A stretch of 64,000 nucleotides of DNA from an uncultured Nitratireductor sp. (GTDB lineage Bacteria > Pseudomonadota > Alphaproteobacteria > Rhizobiales > Rhizobiaceae): NCBI RefSeq assembly GCF_913053745.1, contig NZ_CAJXGF010000004.1, positions 1,157 to 65,156 of the forward strand, read 5' to 3'. The position numbers and the translations under genes are program-made. The notes beneath the pieces were generated by a model, which made no database searches, had not been told where the DNA came from, and saw only the letters and a list, made by a program, of their open reading frames with translations. Positions 28,671-38,724 of this stretch are shown piece after piece (position 1 is the stretch's first letter; each line of letters opens with the position of its first letter).

Positions 28671-29536
28671 TGCGTGGCGTCCTGCGGGCAGGGCGCGATT
28701 TCGGCGCGCAGGCTTGCCAGTGCGCGCACGGCATCGATCACTGCGGGCGAGCCGCACGACCATGCGCCGGCGGGCACGAATGGGCCGATGTGCGTATCCG
28801 GCAGGGCGGCAATCGCGGGATGGCGCGGCACATATTCGCCAAGGGTGGGGGCACCCTCCGAGGCGCTGGTGACGATGACGTCGGGTCGGGCGGCGACGAC
28901 CTGTTCGAGCGGAAACGGAGCCATGCCGTTGACACCGAGGTCGGCGGCCAGATTGTCAAAGCCGGCGGCTTGCATGACGGAATCGGCGAGCGTGCCGTTC
29001 CCGGAAGCGATGCCGTTCTGGTCATAGGCGATGATCGTGGGGCGGATGCCGCATTGCCGCGAGGCGATCTGATCGAGCTCTTGCGAGAAATCGTCGGCCA
29101 GCTTTTCGGCCTTTTCTTCCTGGCCGAGAAGCGCGCCCATGCGGCGTATCTCATCGGGTATGGTGTCGAGCGTCTGCACGAAGGAAAACTCTTCGACCCT
29201 AAAGCCGAGCCGCTTCAGCAGCGCAGTCGTGTTGTGCAGCGAATAGGTGCCGGTGACGACCAGATCCGGCTTTTCCAGAAACACTTCTTCGGCAAGCCCG
29301 CGATTGACCGGATACGCCTGCGCTTTTTCGTGCAGCGTGGAAAGGGTGGGTTCGCGGGCCAGAAACGAGACGGAAACGAGCTGCTCCGGCTGTGCAAGCG
29401 ACATGGCGAGTTGATCGGTGCACAGATTGAGGGACATGACCCGCTTGGGCGCGGCCGACACCGGCGCGGCAAAAAGCGCGCCAGCCAGAAATATCAGGCC
29501 GGAAAGGCGAAGCGAACGTTTCCGGCCCCCGGACAT
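28667..29536 (-). CDS. ABC transporter periplasmic substrate-binding protein (BtuF/heme-type cluster)
   Basis: Signal peptide. KRVMSLNLCTDQLAMSL...PDLVVT...PDVIVTS are class III substrate-binding-protein features. ATGA overlap with the permease. Confidence 0.85.
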   Translation of the reverse strand: MSGGRKRSLRLSGLIFLAGALFAAPVSAAPKRVMSLNLCTDQLAMSLAQPEQLVSVSFLAREPTLSTLHEKAQAYPVNRGLAEEVFLEKPDLVVTGTYSLHNTTALLKRLGFRVEEFSFVQTLDTIPDEIRRMGALLGQEEKAEKLADDFSQELDQIASRQCGIRPTIIAYDQNGIASGNGTLADSVMQAAGFDNLAADLGVNGMAPFPLEQVVAARPDVIVTSASEGAPTLGEYVPRHPAIAALPDTHIGPFVPAGAWSCGSPAVIDAVRALASLRAEIAPCPQDATQ

Positions 29537-31404
29537 CAGGGCGCAAACTTCGCCCGGAACCCGGCAAAGACGCCGAAGCCGGGCGTGTTGTAGCCGCGCA
29601 CGGTCTGATAATCCTGATCGAGCAGGTTTTCCGCCCGCACATAGAGTTCGGTGTCCTCGGTCGGCTTGTAAGCGACCTTGGCGTTGACCAGCAGGTAATC
29701 ATCCAGCTTGAACCCGCCGGTATCCACTGTATCGATGGCAGCCTTTGCCGAGGCCGAAACGGTCCATTTCTCAGCCGGTCGCACGCTGGCGATCAGGCCG
29801 ATCTCATGGCGCGGCACGCGCGGTAGCCGCGCATCGTTCTGATCCACCGAATGCGTGTAGGTGTAGGCCCCGGTCAGGTCGAGCCATTCGGTCGCGGCAT
29901 AGCGAAGCGAGGCCTCGACGCCGCGCTGGCGCGATGTGCCGGGGATCTGTTCATACTGCGACGTGTATCCGATCAGATCGTCGATCTCGAGCTGGAAATA
30001 GGTGAGGTCGGCGATGACCGCACCGTTCCAGAAACGTTGTTCCACGCCAATGTCGAAGCCGAAGCTCGTTTCGGGCCGCAGATCGGGGTTGGCGCCGAAG
30101 GGGCCGAAGAGCTCGTTTAGGCTGGGCGCGCGGAAGCCGGTTCCCACCGAACCGTGCAGACGCGTCCCTGTCTGCTCAAACAGATAGGAGGCGGTTGCAC
30201 GGTAGGTGGTATGCCCGCCGAATTCACTGTGCTCGTCTTGTCTGAGACCGGCAGTCAGCGTCAGGTTTTCAAGCGGCGTGGCGATGGCTTCGCCCCAGAC
30301 GCCGGCAATCCAGAAACTGGAATCGATCTCGGGATTGAACGCGCCGGCGGGAAAGACGGCGCTCTGTCGCTCGTAATCCGCACCGCCCTGAACCGTCAGC
30401 CAGTCATTGACGTCGAACGTGCCCTGATAATCGGCCTTGTAGCGGCGACCGTCATAGGAACCGTCGAAGGCGGTGCCGGTTATGGCGCGTTCCAGGTCGA
30501 AAGCCTGCACGGATACCGTGTTGCGGAACCGGCCATCCATCAGGTTGAGATTGAAACCGGCGCGACCGGCGAGTTGCTTGCTATGGTTGGTGGCTGTCGG
30601 ATTGTCGCTCGGCAAAAAGGTGCCGAAGCCCTGGTTGTCGAAATCGGCTTGCGCGTCGATGTAAAGCGCCGACCCGAATACGGAGAAGACGTCGGAAAAC
30701 GCGTGCTCGGCGTTCGCGTCGAAGGTGAGGTTCTCATAGCCGTCGCGCTCGGTGCCCGAGGCGGCAGCCGAGATGCCGTCGGTGCGGAATCCGGTGGCAT
30801 TGATGGACAATTTGGATTGCTCGCTGGCCGCCCGGAAACCGTAGGAGCCGCCGAACGTGCCATTCGAGCCTCCTTCACCTTGGACGATATGAGCGATGCC
30901 GGGTTCGATGTCGCTCAGTGTCGAAAGGCTGATCACGCCGGCTATGGCGTCCGAGCCATAAAGCGTGCTTTGCGACCCCTTGAGCACTTCAATACTCTGC
31001 AGGCCGCCGGACAAAAGGTACTGATAAGAAGTCTGAACCTGCGTGTTGGTGGGATCGGAAATGTCGATGCCGTTATAGAGCGTCTTCACATAGCGGCGGG
31101 GGGCACCACGGATCGACAGGCTGCCCTCCGCGCCCGCGCCGCCCGGCGATGAGAGACTTATACCGGGCAGAAGGCCGAGATAATCGAGCGCCAGCGGAAG
31201 CGATTGCTGCTCGATTTCCTCCCGCTCGACGATGTCCACCGTCGATCCGACCTTGGAGGCGTTCGCCGGTATACGGTTGGGGCTGATGACCAGCGTGTCG
31301 AGTGGATAGTCTTGCGCCTGCGCCTGCACCACTGCGGTGCCGAAGCCGGACAGCAGTGCCGATACGCCGAGTAGAAGCCGGGTCCGATGTCGCGTTGAAA
31401 GCAT
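29536..31404 (-). CDS. btuB: TonB-dependent receptor, probable vitamin B12 transporter
   Basis: AGGGAGGG Shine-Dalgarno, signal peptide, TonB box-like DTLVISPNR, plug motifs IEVLKGSQSTLYGSDAIAGVI, C-terminal ...GFRAKFAP. A cobalamin riboswitch lies immediately upstream. Confidence 0.88.
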   Translation of the reverse strand: MLSTRHRTRLLLGVSALLSGFGTAVVQAQAQDYPLDTLVISPNRIPANASKVGSTVDIVEREEIEQQSLPLALDYLGLLPGISLSSPGGAGAEGSLSIRGAPRRYVKTLYNGIDISDPTNTQVQTSYQYLLSGGLQSIEVLKGSQSTLYGSDAIAGVISLSTLSDIEPGIAHIVQGEGGSNGTFGGSYGFRAASEQSKLSINATGFRTDGISAAASGTERDGYENLTFDANAEHAFSDVFSVFGSALYIDAQADFDNQGFGTFLPSDNPTATNHSKQLAGRAGFNLNLMDGRFRNTVSVQAFDLERAITGTAFDGSYDGRRYKADYQGTFDVNDWLTVQGGADYERQSAVFPAGAFNPEIDSSFWIAGVWGEAIATPLENLTLTAGLRQDEHSEFGGHTTYRATASYLFEQTGTRLHGSVGTGFRAPSLNELFGPFGANPDLRPETSFGFDIGVEQRFWNGAVIADLTYFQLEIDDLIGYTSQYEQIPGTSRQRGVEASLRYAATEWLDLTGAYTYTHSVDQNDARLPRVPRHEIGLIASVRPAEKWTVSASAKAAIDTVDTGGFKLDDYLLVNAKVAYKPTEDTELYVRAENLLDQDYQTVRGYNTPGFGVFAGFRAKFAP

Positions 31405-31474
31405 GCGCGCCCTCCCTTGAAAAACATTCTTCGTTTGCTGGAGAGCGATTGCCGTCATCGTTCGTTCCCCCGCC

Positions 31475-31712
31475 AGCGGTGACTTTCGTCACCACTGCGG
31501 GATCCACAGCCCCGGAAGCGTCCCGCATCCGGTCGGTGACGGCTCGAGGCAGGTTTCCTGGCTCGCGCTTCGTCGGCTGCCTCGCCTTCCCGGGGCTTGC
31601 ACCCAGTGGCTTTGGAGGCGCCTCTGCGCTTACAGTTGCGGGAGCAGCCACGGCTGCGGCCTTTTCGAGAAAGACCGTTCCGTGTTCCCTTTTCCCCGGC
31701 AGGCGAACACCC
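31475..31712 (-). promoter_or_regulatory. Cobalamin (B12) riboswitch in the btuB leader
   Basis: Minus strand contains AAAAGGGAACACGG, GCTGCTCCCGCAACTGTAAG, GCCACTGG and the B12 box GAGCCAGGAAACCTGCC in canonical order. A GGTGAC-GAAA-GTCACC hairpin follows, before the Shine-Dalgarno. Confidence 0.85.
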
Positions 31713-32015
31713 GTCGGAGCACCTCAAGCGAACCGAAATCGATTATCAAGCGACCCAGGCAACGTCAATCGAATGGTGCATTCTGGACCTTCGTCTTCAC
31801 TGGCCTAAGTCAAGCATTGTCAGCAGGGTGCTTTGCTATTGTAGAAGAATCGGCTTTTCATATCGCTTTTGCGGCAATCCTGTCGCAAATCCGTCATTGG
31901 AATTGTCGAGAAAATTGCAGAATTCGGTCTCCGAACCCTGGGATTTTTTGACATCGGGGACGGGATGGGAAATGCTGATCGTAAACCGAGAACGGCAAAA
32001 AATGGGAGTGCGTCG

Positions 32016-33668
32016 ATGACGTTTTTCAAGAGCAATGGCGAGAAGGTGCCGGCCCGCGTCGCCGAAATGGCGGACGAGGCACGTGCCGGCAGAATGGACC
32101 GGCGTGAGTTTCTCGCGCTTGCAAGTGCGCTCGGCGCCTCTACCGCGGCCGCCTATGGCATGTTGGGGATGGCCGCGCCCACGCACGCTGTCGCACAGGA
32201 GCCGAAGACGGGCGGCACGCTGCGCGTTGCCATGTTCATCAAGGATCCCAAGGATCCGCGCACGGCCGACTGGTCGGAAATTGCAAACGCCATGCGCCAG
32301 ACACTTGAACCGCTGGTGAAATACACCCGCGACTTCACCTTCGAGGGCAAGCTTCTGGAAAGCTGGGAGGTGAATGAGGACGCCACGGAATACATTCTTC
32401 ACGTGCGGCCGGACGTGACCTGGAACAATGGCGACGCCTTCACCGCGGACGATGTGATCTACAACATCAACCGCTGGTGCGACCAGACGGTGGAAGGCAA
32501 CTCCATGCCGGCGCGCATGTCCGCTCTCATCGACCCGGAAACCAAGAAGGTTCGCGAAGGTGCCGTCGAGAAGGTCGACGACATGACGGTCAAGCTCAAC
32601 CTGTCGGCTCCCGATATTTCGATCATTCCGGGCATGGCCGACTATCCGGGCCTGATCGTGCACCCGACCTTCGACGAAACGGGCCGTGACTTCGTTGCAA
32701 ATCCGATCGGCACCGGTCCTTTCGAACTGGTGTCCTATGAGGTCGGCAACCGCGTCGAGCTGAAGAAGCGCGAAGACGGCCAGTGGTGGGGCGGCGAGGC
32801 CTATCTCGACGGCATTGAATTCATCGATTACGGCACGGATCCCTCGGCCACTGTCAGCGCTTTCGAGTCCGGCGAAATTCATACAAACTACGAGACCACG
32901 GCGGATTTCGTCGATATTCTCGACGCGATCGGGCTGGTGAAATCCGAAGTCACCACGGCGACGACCCTGGTGGCGCGCAGCAATGTCAACAACAAGCCCT
33001 ATGACGACGAGAAGGTGCGTCAGGCGCTGCAGCGCGCAGTCGACAACCCCACGGTTCTGGCGCTGGGCTACGACAATGCCGGCGACGTTGCCGAGAACCA
33101 CCATGTCTGCCCGATCCATCCCGAGTATGCCGAGCTTCCCAAGCGCGAGCGCAATGTGGAAGAGGCCAAGGCGCTCATGGAAGAGGCCGGCCAGATGGAC
33201 TACGAGCACGAGCTCATCACGGTGGATGAGGACTGGCACAAGAACACCGGCGATGCGATCGCCGCCCAGCTTCGCGAGGCCGGATTCAAGGTCAAACGCA
33301 CCGTTCTGCCAGGCTCTACCTTTTGGAACGACTGGACGAAATATCCTTTCTCCATGACCAACTGGAACATGCGCCCGCTTGGCATACAGGTGGTGGCGCT
33401 TGCCTACCGCACCGGTGAAGCGTGGAACGAGTCGGCCTATTCCAATCCGGAGCTCGACAAGCTGATCGAAGAGGCGCTGGCCATTCCCGATCCCGACAGC
33501 CGCCGCGAGGTGATGAAGAAGATCGAGGAGATCATCCAGAATTCGGGAATCATCATCCAGCCCTACTGGCGCAAGCTCTACAATCACTCGGTGGAGACCG
33601 TGAAGAACCACGGCATGCACCAGACCTTCGAGATCGATCTGGAAAAGGTCTGGCTCGACGAAGGGTGA
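32016..33668 (+). CDS. ABC transporter substrate-binding protein, family 5 (peptide/nickel/opine type), Tat signal
   Basis: GGGAG Shine-Dalgarno. Twin-arginine motif [19 protein letters not shown]. Family-5 body (GGTLRVAM..., PYWRKLY). Confidence 0.9.
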   Translation: MTFFKSNGEKVPARVAEMADEARAGRMDRREFLALASALGASTAAAYGMLGMAAPTHAVAQEPKTGGTLRVAMFIKDPKDPRTADWSEIANAMRQTLEPLVKYTRDFTFEGKLLESWEVNEDATEYILHVRPDVTWNNGDAFTADDVIYNINRWCDQTVEGNSMPARMSALIDPETKKVREGAVEKVDDMTVKLNLSAPDISIIPGMADYPGLIVHPTFDETGRDFVANPIGTGPFELVSYEVGNRVELKKREDGQWWGGEAYLDGIEFIDYGTDPSATVSAFESGEIHTNYETTADFVDILDAIGLVKSEVTTATTLVARSNVNNKPYDDEKVRQALQRAVDNPTVLALGYDNAGDVAENHHVCPIHPEYAELPKRERNVEEAKALMEEAGQMDYEHELITVDEDWHKNTGDAIAAQLREAGFKVKRTVLPGSTFWNDWTKYPFSMTNWNMRPLGIQVVALAYRTGEAWNESAYSNPELDKLIEEALAIPDPDSRREVMKKIEEIIQNSGIIIQPYWRKLYNHSVETVKNHGMHQTFEIDLEKVWLDEG

Positions 33669-33753
33669 GACCGGTTAAGCAGGAAGGGGCCCGAACGGGC
33701 CCCTTTTGCACTGGAGATCAATAACAACCTCCGCATACGGGGGAGGGGAAACC

Positions 33754-34791
33754 GTGTTTGGCTTTATCGTGAGACGTCTGGGTGTCATGGCATTGACCAT
33801 GTTGTGCCTCACCCTTGTCGTTTTCTTTCTGGTCAATCTGGAACCGAATCTGAAGAAGCTTGCCATCAGTCAGCTCGACATGCGGTCGTCGGCTGAGGAG
33901 TTGGAAAGCTGGCTTCAGAAGAACGGCTACCGGCAGAATTTCTTCGTGCGTTACGGCCAGTGGCTCGGCGTGGTGCAGAAGCAGCCGAATATCGACCCCG
34001 AGACCGGTGTTGCCAGCCCGCGTTTTTCCTATTGCGACGAACCCGCCGAACCCTATTACGGCGGCATTCTGCAGGGCGATTTCGGGTGCTCCACCAAGTT
34101 CAAGGTGCCGGTTTCCGAAAAGCTTTTTCCCGCGCTCGGGGCCACCGGCATTCTCATGTTCTGGGTGATGGTGGTGATGGTGCCCGTGGCGCTTCTGATC
34201 GGCGTCCTGGCGGGGATGCGCGAGGGCAGCCGGACCGACCGCACCCTGTCCGTTGCCTCGATCGCCACCACGGCGACGCCCGAATATGTCTCGGGCGTGA
34301 TCTTCGCGGTCATTTTCGCTTCGTGGCTCGGCTGGCTCAACGGCTCGGCCGCCACGGCCACCAGGCAGGGCATTTCCTTCTACAATTTCACTTTGCCGGT
34401 CATGACCATGGCCATATACGGCATCGGTTATATTGCGCGCATGACGCGGGCCTCGATGGTCGAGGTGATGACGCAGCAATATATCCGCACCGCCCGCCTG
34501 AAGGGGCTCGGCTTTAAGGCCGTGGTTATCAAGCATGCCCTGCGCAACGCGCTGATTGCGCCGTTTACGGTCATCATGCTGCAGTTTCCATGGCTTCTGA
34601 CGGGCGTTGTCATCGTGGAAGTGATGTTCCGCTATCAGGGGTTCGGTTTCACGCTCGTGGAGGCGGCGAGCAACAACGATATCGACCTTTTGCTCGGTTG
34701 TTCGCTTGTGTCGGTCTTCGTTGTGCTGTCGACGCAGCTTATTTCCGACGTCGGCTATGCCTATCTCAATCCGCGCATTCGCGTGCAGTAG
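33754..34791 (+). CDS. ABC transporter permease (DppB-like)
   Basis: GTG start after GGGAGGGG. VFGFIVRRLGVMALTMLCLTLVVFFL is a classic DppB N-terminus. EAA-type loop YIRTARLKGLGFKAVVIKHALRNALIP. Confidence 0.88.
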   Translation: MFGFIVRRLGVMALTMLCLTLVVFFLVNLEPNLKKLAISQLDMRSSAEELESWLQKNGYRQNFFVRYGQWLGVVQKQPNIDPETGVASPRFSYCDEPAEPYYGGILQGDFGCSTKFKVPVSEKLFPALGATGILMFWVMVVMVPVALLIGVLAGMREGSRTDRTLSVASIATTATPEYVSGVIFAVIFASWLGWLNGSAATATRQGISFYNFTLPVMTMAIYGIGYIARMTRASMVEVMTQQYIRTARLKGLGFKAVVIKHALRNALIAPFTVIMLQFPWLLTGVVIVEVMFRYQGFGFTLVEAASNNDIDLLLGCSLVSVFVVLSTQLISDVGYAYLNPRIRVQ

Positions 34792-34803
34792 GGAGGACAC
34801 GCG

Positions 34804-35961
34804 ATGCAAGTGGATTATATCGGAACCTTCGGCATCATCCTCGGTGTTCTTGCGCGCTTCTGGCCGGTCTGGGTGGCGCTCGTGATCATTCTCTTCTTCA
34901 GTTTGCGCTTCCGCAAGCAACTGGGGCTCTACGGACACCTGTTCGATACCGGCGTCGGAGTCGCCGGTGTGATGATCTGTTGTTTTTGGCTGTTTACGGC
35001 CATCTTCGCGGGCACGGTCGCCCCCTTCGATCCGCTGGCGCAGTTCCCCATCATGAAAAATGTCGTGCCAGGCGCCCTGGAACCGGAGACGGGACAGGCA
35101 TTCCTTTTCGGTGGCGATCGGCTTGCGCGCGACGTCTTTTCGCGCATGGTCTTTGGCAGTCAGATTGTGCTCATCATCGCTCCTGCTGCCACACTGTTCG
35201 CGCTGATGGTCGGAACCACGCTCGGCCTGCCTGCCGGCTATTACGGCGGCCGCATAGACAGCTTCCTGTCGTTCCTCGCCAATCTGGTTCTGGCCTTCCC
35301 GGTCATCCTGCTGTTTTATCTTTTGGTCACGCCGGGCATTCGTGAGACGCCGATTCCGCAATGGATGGCGGGCACTTTCTTCATCTTCCCGATCGTGTTT
35401 TTCGTGACGCTGTTCTGGACGCGCTACCGCAGCCGTCCGCAATTGCTGGCGATACAACTGGCGCTGACGCTTCTGATCGGGGGCTGGGTTTATGTCGGGC
35501 TGGTGTTCAATGCCGATCCGCTCGGCATCATCTCGATCAGTTCGAACCAGCTCAACATCTTCGTGGCGGTGGTGTTCGCCTCTTCACCCGGCGTTTTCCG
35601 CATAGTGCGCGGACTGGTGATGGACATCAAGACGCGGGACTATGTGGCGGCCGCCCAAACACGCGGCGAAAGCCCTTGGTACATCATGCTTTGGGAAGTT
35701 CTGCCCAACGCGCGCGGGCCGCTCATCGTCGATGTGTGTCTGCGCATCGGCTACACGACGATCCTGCTTGGCACGCTCGGCTATTTCGGCCTTGGTCTGG
35801 CGCCGGAAAGCCCCGACTGGGGTACGGGTATCAAGGAATCAAGCCGCCTTCTGCGCGCTTATGTGCATCCGGCGCTGCCACCGGTCTTTGCGCTCATGTC
35901 CTTTGTGCTGGGGCTGAATCTGCTTGCCGACGCATTGCGTGAGCAATCGCTGAAGGATTGA
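34804..35961 (+). CDS. ABC transporter permease (DppC-like)
   Basis: Multi-TM protein. LGGDRLARDVFSRMVFG and DYVAAAQTRGESPWYIMLWEVLPNARGPLIV motifs. Confidence 0.88.
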   Translation: MQVDYIGTFGIILGVLARFWPVWVALVIILFFSLRFRKQLGLYGHLFDTGVGVAGVMICCFWLFTAIFAGTVAPFDPLAQFPIMKNVVPGALEPETGQAFLFGGDRLARDVFSRMVFGSQIVLIIAPAATLFALMVGTTLGLPAGYYGGRIDSFLSFLANLVLAFPVILLFYLLVTPGIRETPIPQWMAGTFFIFPIVFFVTLFWTRYRSRPQLLAIQLALTLLIGGWVYVGLVFNADPLGIISISSNQLNIFVAVVFASSPGVFRIVRGLVMDIKTRDYVAAAQTRGESPWYIMLWEVLPNARGPLIVDVCLRIGYTTILLGTLGYFGLGLAPESPDWGTGIKESSRLLRAYVHPALPPVFALMSFVLGLNLLADALREQSLKD

Positions 35962-35984
35962 GGATAAACACTGAGAGCGACGCC

Positions 35985-38606
35985 ATGAACGAAGCCATCA
36001 GCATCACGCGAGCCGGGAAGGCGGGCAAGCCGATCCTCGAAATCGAGAACTTGTCCATCTCGTTCTTCACGCGCGCCGGCGAGATCCCGGCTGTAATGGA
36101 CTTTTCCTGCGAGGTCATGCCCGGCGAGGCTATGGGCATTGTCGGTGAATCCGGTTGCGGCAAATCGACGGTCTCTTTGGGGATCATGCGGGACCTTTCC
36201 AATGTCGGGCAGATCGTTGGGGGGCGTATCCGGTTCAAGGGCCGCGACATGGCCGACATGAGCGAGGAAGAACTGCGTCAGGTTCGCGGCAACGAAATCG
36301 CGATGATTTATCAGGAGCCGATGGCGAGCTTGAACCCGGCCATGAAGGTCGGCAGGCAACTCATGGAAGTGCCGCTGATCCACGACAAGGTATCCAAGGA
36401 AGAGGCCTGGAATCGGGCACTGGAGATGGTGCGCGCGGTGCGTCTACCGGACCCTGAGCGGATGATGCGTTCTTTCCCGCATCAGCTGTCCGGAGGCCAG
36501 CAGCAGCGCATCGTGATCGCCATGGCGCTTCTGTCCAAACCGGCATTGTTGCTGCTCGACGAACCGACGACCGCCCTGGATGTGACGGTCGAGGCCGGCA
36601 TCGTCGAACTGGTCAAGGGACTGGGCAAGGAGTACGGCACGTCGATGATCTTCGTGTCGCACAATCTCGGGCTGATCCTGGAAACCTGCGACCGGGTTAC
36701 CGTGATGTATTCCGGCGAGGCGGTGGAGACTGGCAGGGTCGAGGATGTATTCGACCGCATGCGCCATCCCTATACACAAGGACTTTTCCGCTCCATACCG
36801 CTGCCCGGCGCCGACAAGAACGCTCGCCCGCTGATCGCCATTCCCGGTCAGTTGCCGTTGCCGCACGAACGGCCGAAGGGCTGCAATTTCGGCCCGCGTT
36901 GTCAGCATTTCAAAGCGGGATTGTGCGATTCAGGCGAGGTGCCGATGCTGCCGATCAAGGGCCATAAGCGGCACCATTCGCGCTGCCTGCGCTTCGACGA
37001 GATTGACTGGAACGCCCTGCCGGAAGGCGCGCTCGACGAGAAGGAACCGATCGAGCCCGGCGCGCCGATGCTGAAGATCGACAATCTCAAAAAATACTAC
37101 CACGTTGCCGCGAACAGCATTTTCGGCGGCGGCGATACCAAGACAGTGAAGGCCAACGAGCAGATCAGCTTCGAGGCGCGCGAATCCGAAACGGTCGCCA
37201 TCGTCGGCGAATCCGGTTGTGGCAAGTCGACGCTCGCCAAAGTTCTACTGGGATTGGAGACGGCGACGGACGGTGAAGTGGTGCTGGGAAACGAGCCGAT
37301 CCAGGCGACGCCGGTGGAAGAACGCGACACGGGGACGGTTGCTGGCGTTCAGATGGTGTTCCAGAACCCGTTCGACACGCTCAATCCGAGCCATTCCGTC
37401 GGTTCGCAGATCGTTCGCACGCTGGAGAAGTTCAACATCGGACGCACGCTGGCCGACCGCAAGCAGCGCATGCTGGAACTTCTCGATCTGGTGAAATTGC
37501 CGCGCGCCTTCGCGGAGCGTATGCCGCGTCAGCTTTCCGGCGGTCAGAAACAGCGCATCGGCGTGGCCCGCGCTTTTGCAGGCAACGCCAAGGTCGTGGT
37601 GGCCGACGAGCCCGTTTCCGCGCTCGATGTCTCCGTGCAGGCGGCGGTGACCGAGCTGCTGATGGACATCCAGCGCAAGAACAAGACCACCATGCTGTTC
37701 ATCAGCCACGATCTATCCGTCGTGCGCTACCTGGCCGACCGCGTGGTGGTCATGTATCTCGGGCATATTGTCGAACAGGGCACGACCGACCAGATTTTCG
37801 CGCCGCCTTATCATCCCTATACAGAGGCGCTTCTTTCGGCGATCCCGATTGCCGACACGTCGGTACGCAAGAAGCACATTGTTCTGGAAGGGGATATTCC
37901 CTCGGCGATGAATCCGCCATCCGGCTGCCCGTTCCAGACGCGTTGTCGCTACAAGGACCAGGTGCCGGGCGGCAAGTGCGAACGCGAAGTTCCGCCTTTG
38001 AAAGATCTGGGCGACGGTCATTTCAGCCTGTGTTGGCTGGATGACGCGGCGCTCGAAACGATGGAGCCGGTGATCAGTTTCGACGAGCCGGCCAAAAAAA
38101 ATGACGAGCCTGCTCGGAAGAAAGGCAAGGCGAAGGCAGCGAGCCGGAAGGAACGCGCCAAGGGCGATATCCGTCCCGTTGCCGGTCGCCGCAAGTCCGT
38201 AAGGGCAGCGGCGGCTGGACGCTCAGCGGTGCCTGGCAGCTCGTCGCCCAAGCGTGTCCTGGGAGAAGCCGGAGCGGGACGCCAGGCCGCGTCCACGCGC
38301 GTGAAACCGGCAACCGCGAGAAAATCGGCTGGCATCCAGCCTGCAGGCATGCGTAAACCCGGGAAACCCGACGACCTTAAGCTGATTTCGGGAGTCGGCC
38401 CCAAGCTTGAAGAGCGTCTCAACGATCTCGGCATCTACACATATGCGCAGATCGCCGCCTGGAAGAAAGCGGAGCGCCAGTGGGTGGACGCGCATCTGCG
38501 TTTCAAGGGACGCATCGAACGTGACGACTGGGTGAAACAGGCCAAGGCGCTCGCCAGGGGTGGCTTCGAAGAATACGTCCGCGTGTTCGGCAAGAAACCG
38601 CGCTGA
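35985..38606 (+). CDS. Fused double ABC ATP-binding protein (DppD-DppF type) with basic linker and C-terminal HhH-like domain
   Basis: Two Walker A sites (GESGCGKST twice) and two signatures (LSGGQQQR, LSGGQKQR), both with oligopeptide-type Cys tails. These are followed by a 174-aa extension. TTG at 35958 is an alternative start. Confidence 0.9.
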   Translation: MNEAISITRAGKAGKPILEIENLSISFFTRAGEIPAVMDFSCEVMPGEAMGIVGESGCGKSTVSLGIMRDLSNVGQIVGGRIRFKGRDMADMSEEELRQVRGNEIAMIYQEPMASLNPAMKVGRQLMEVPLIHDKVSKEEAWNRALEMVRAVRLPDPERMMRSFPHQLSGGQQQRIVIAMALLSKPALLLLDEPTTALDVTVEAGIVELVKGLGKEYGTSMIFVSHNLGLILETCDRVTVMYSGEAVETGRVEDVFDRMRHPYTQGLFRSIPLPGADKNARPLIAIPGQLPLPHERPKGCNFGPRCQHFKAGLCDSGEVPMLPIKGHKRHHSRCLRFDEIDWNALPEGALDEKEPIEPGAPMLKIDNLKKYYHVAANSIFGGGDTKTVKANEQISFEARESETVAIVGESGCGKSTLAKVLLGLETATDGEVVLGNEPIQATPVEERDTGTVAGVQMVFQNPFDTLNPSHSVGSQIVRTLEKFNIGRTLADRKQRMLELLDLVKLPRAFAERMPRQLSGGQKQRIGVARAFAGNAKVVVADEPVSALDVSVQAAVTELLMDIQRKNKTTMLFISHDLSVVRYLADRVVVMYLGHIVEQGTTDQIFAPPYHPYTEALLSAIPIADTSVRKKHIVLEGDIPSAMNPPSGCPFQTRCRYKDQVPGGKCEREVPPLKDLGDGHFSLCWLDDAALETMEPVISFDEPAKKNDEPARKKGKAKAASRKERAKGDIRPVAGRRKSVRAAAAGRSAVPGSSSPKRVLGEAGAGRQAASTRVKPATARKSAGIQPAGMRKPGKPDDLKLISGVGPKLEERLNDLGIYTYAQIAAWKKAERQWVDAHLRFKGRIERDDWVKQAKALARGGFEEYVRVFGKKPR

Positions 38607-38724
38607 GCCGGCCCGCCGCAGCGACACGATCTTCGCGGAGGCGTTCAGGGCGATCGATGTCTGGATATCGTGCTGTTTTTGAATCACTTTGCGCTGACTG
38701 AAAGGTCTGTGAAAGGAGATTCGC

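Noticed and set aside
26920-28734. 604-aa minus-strand ORF treated as a single gene
   Set aside because: Only the last 256 codons are an ABC ATPase. The upstream part is an out-of-frame read-through over the FecCD permease gene (27690-28670).
31836-35457. 594-aa and 579-aa minus-strand ORFs (31836-33620, 33718-35457)
   Set aside because: They are antisense to the family-5 binding protein and the DppB/C-like permeases. The translations are His/Arg/Asp-rich nonsense.
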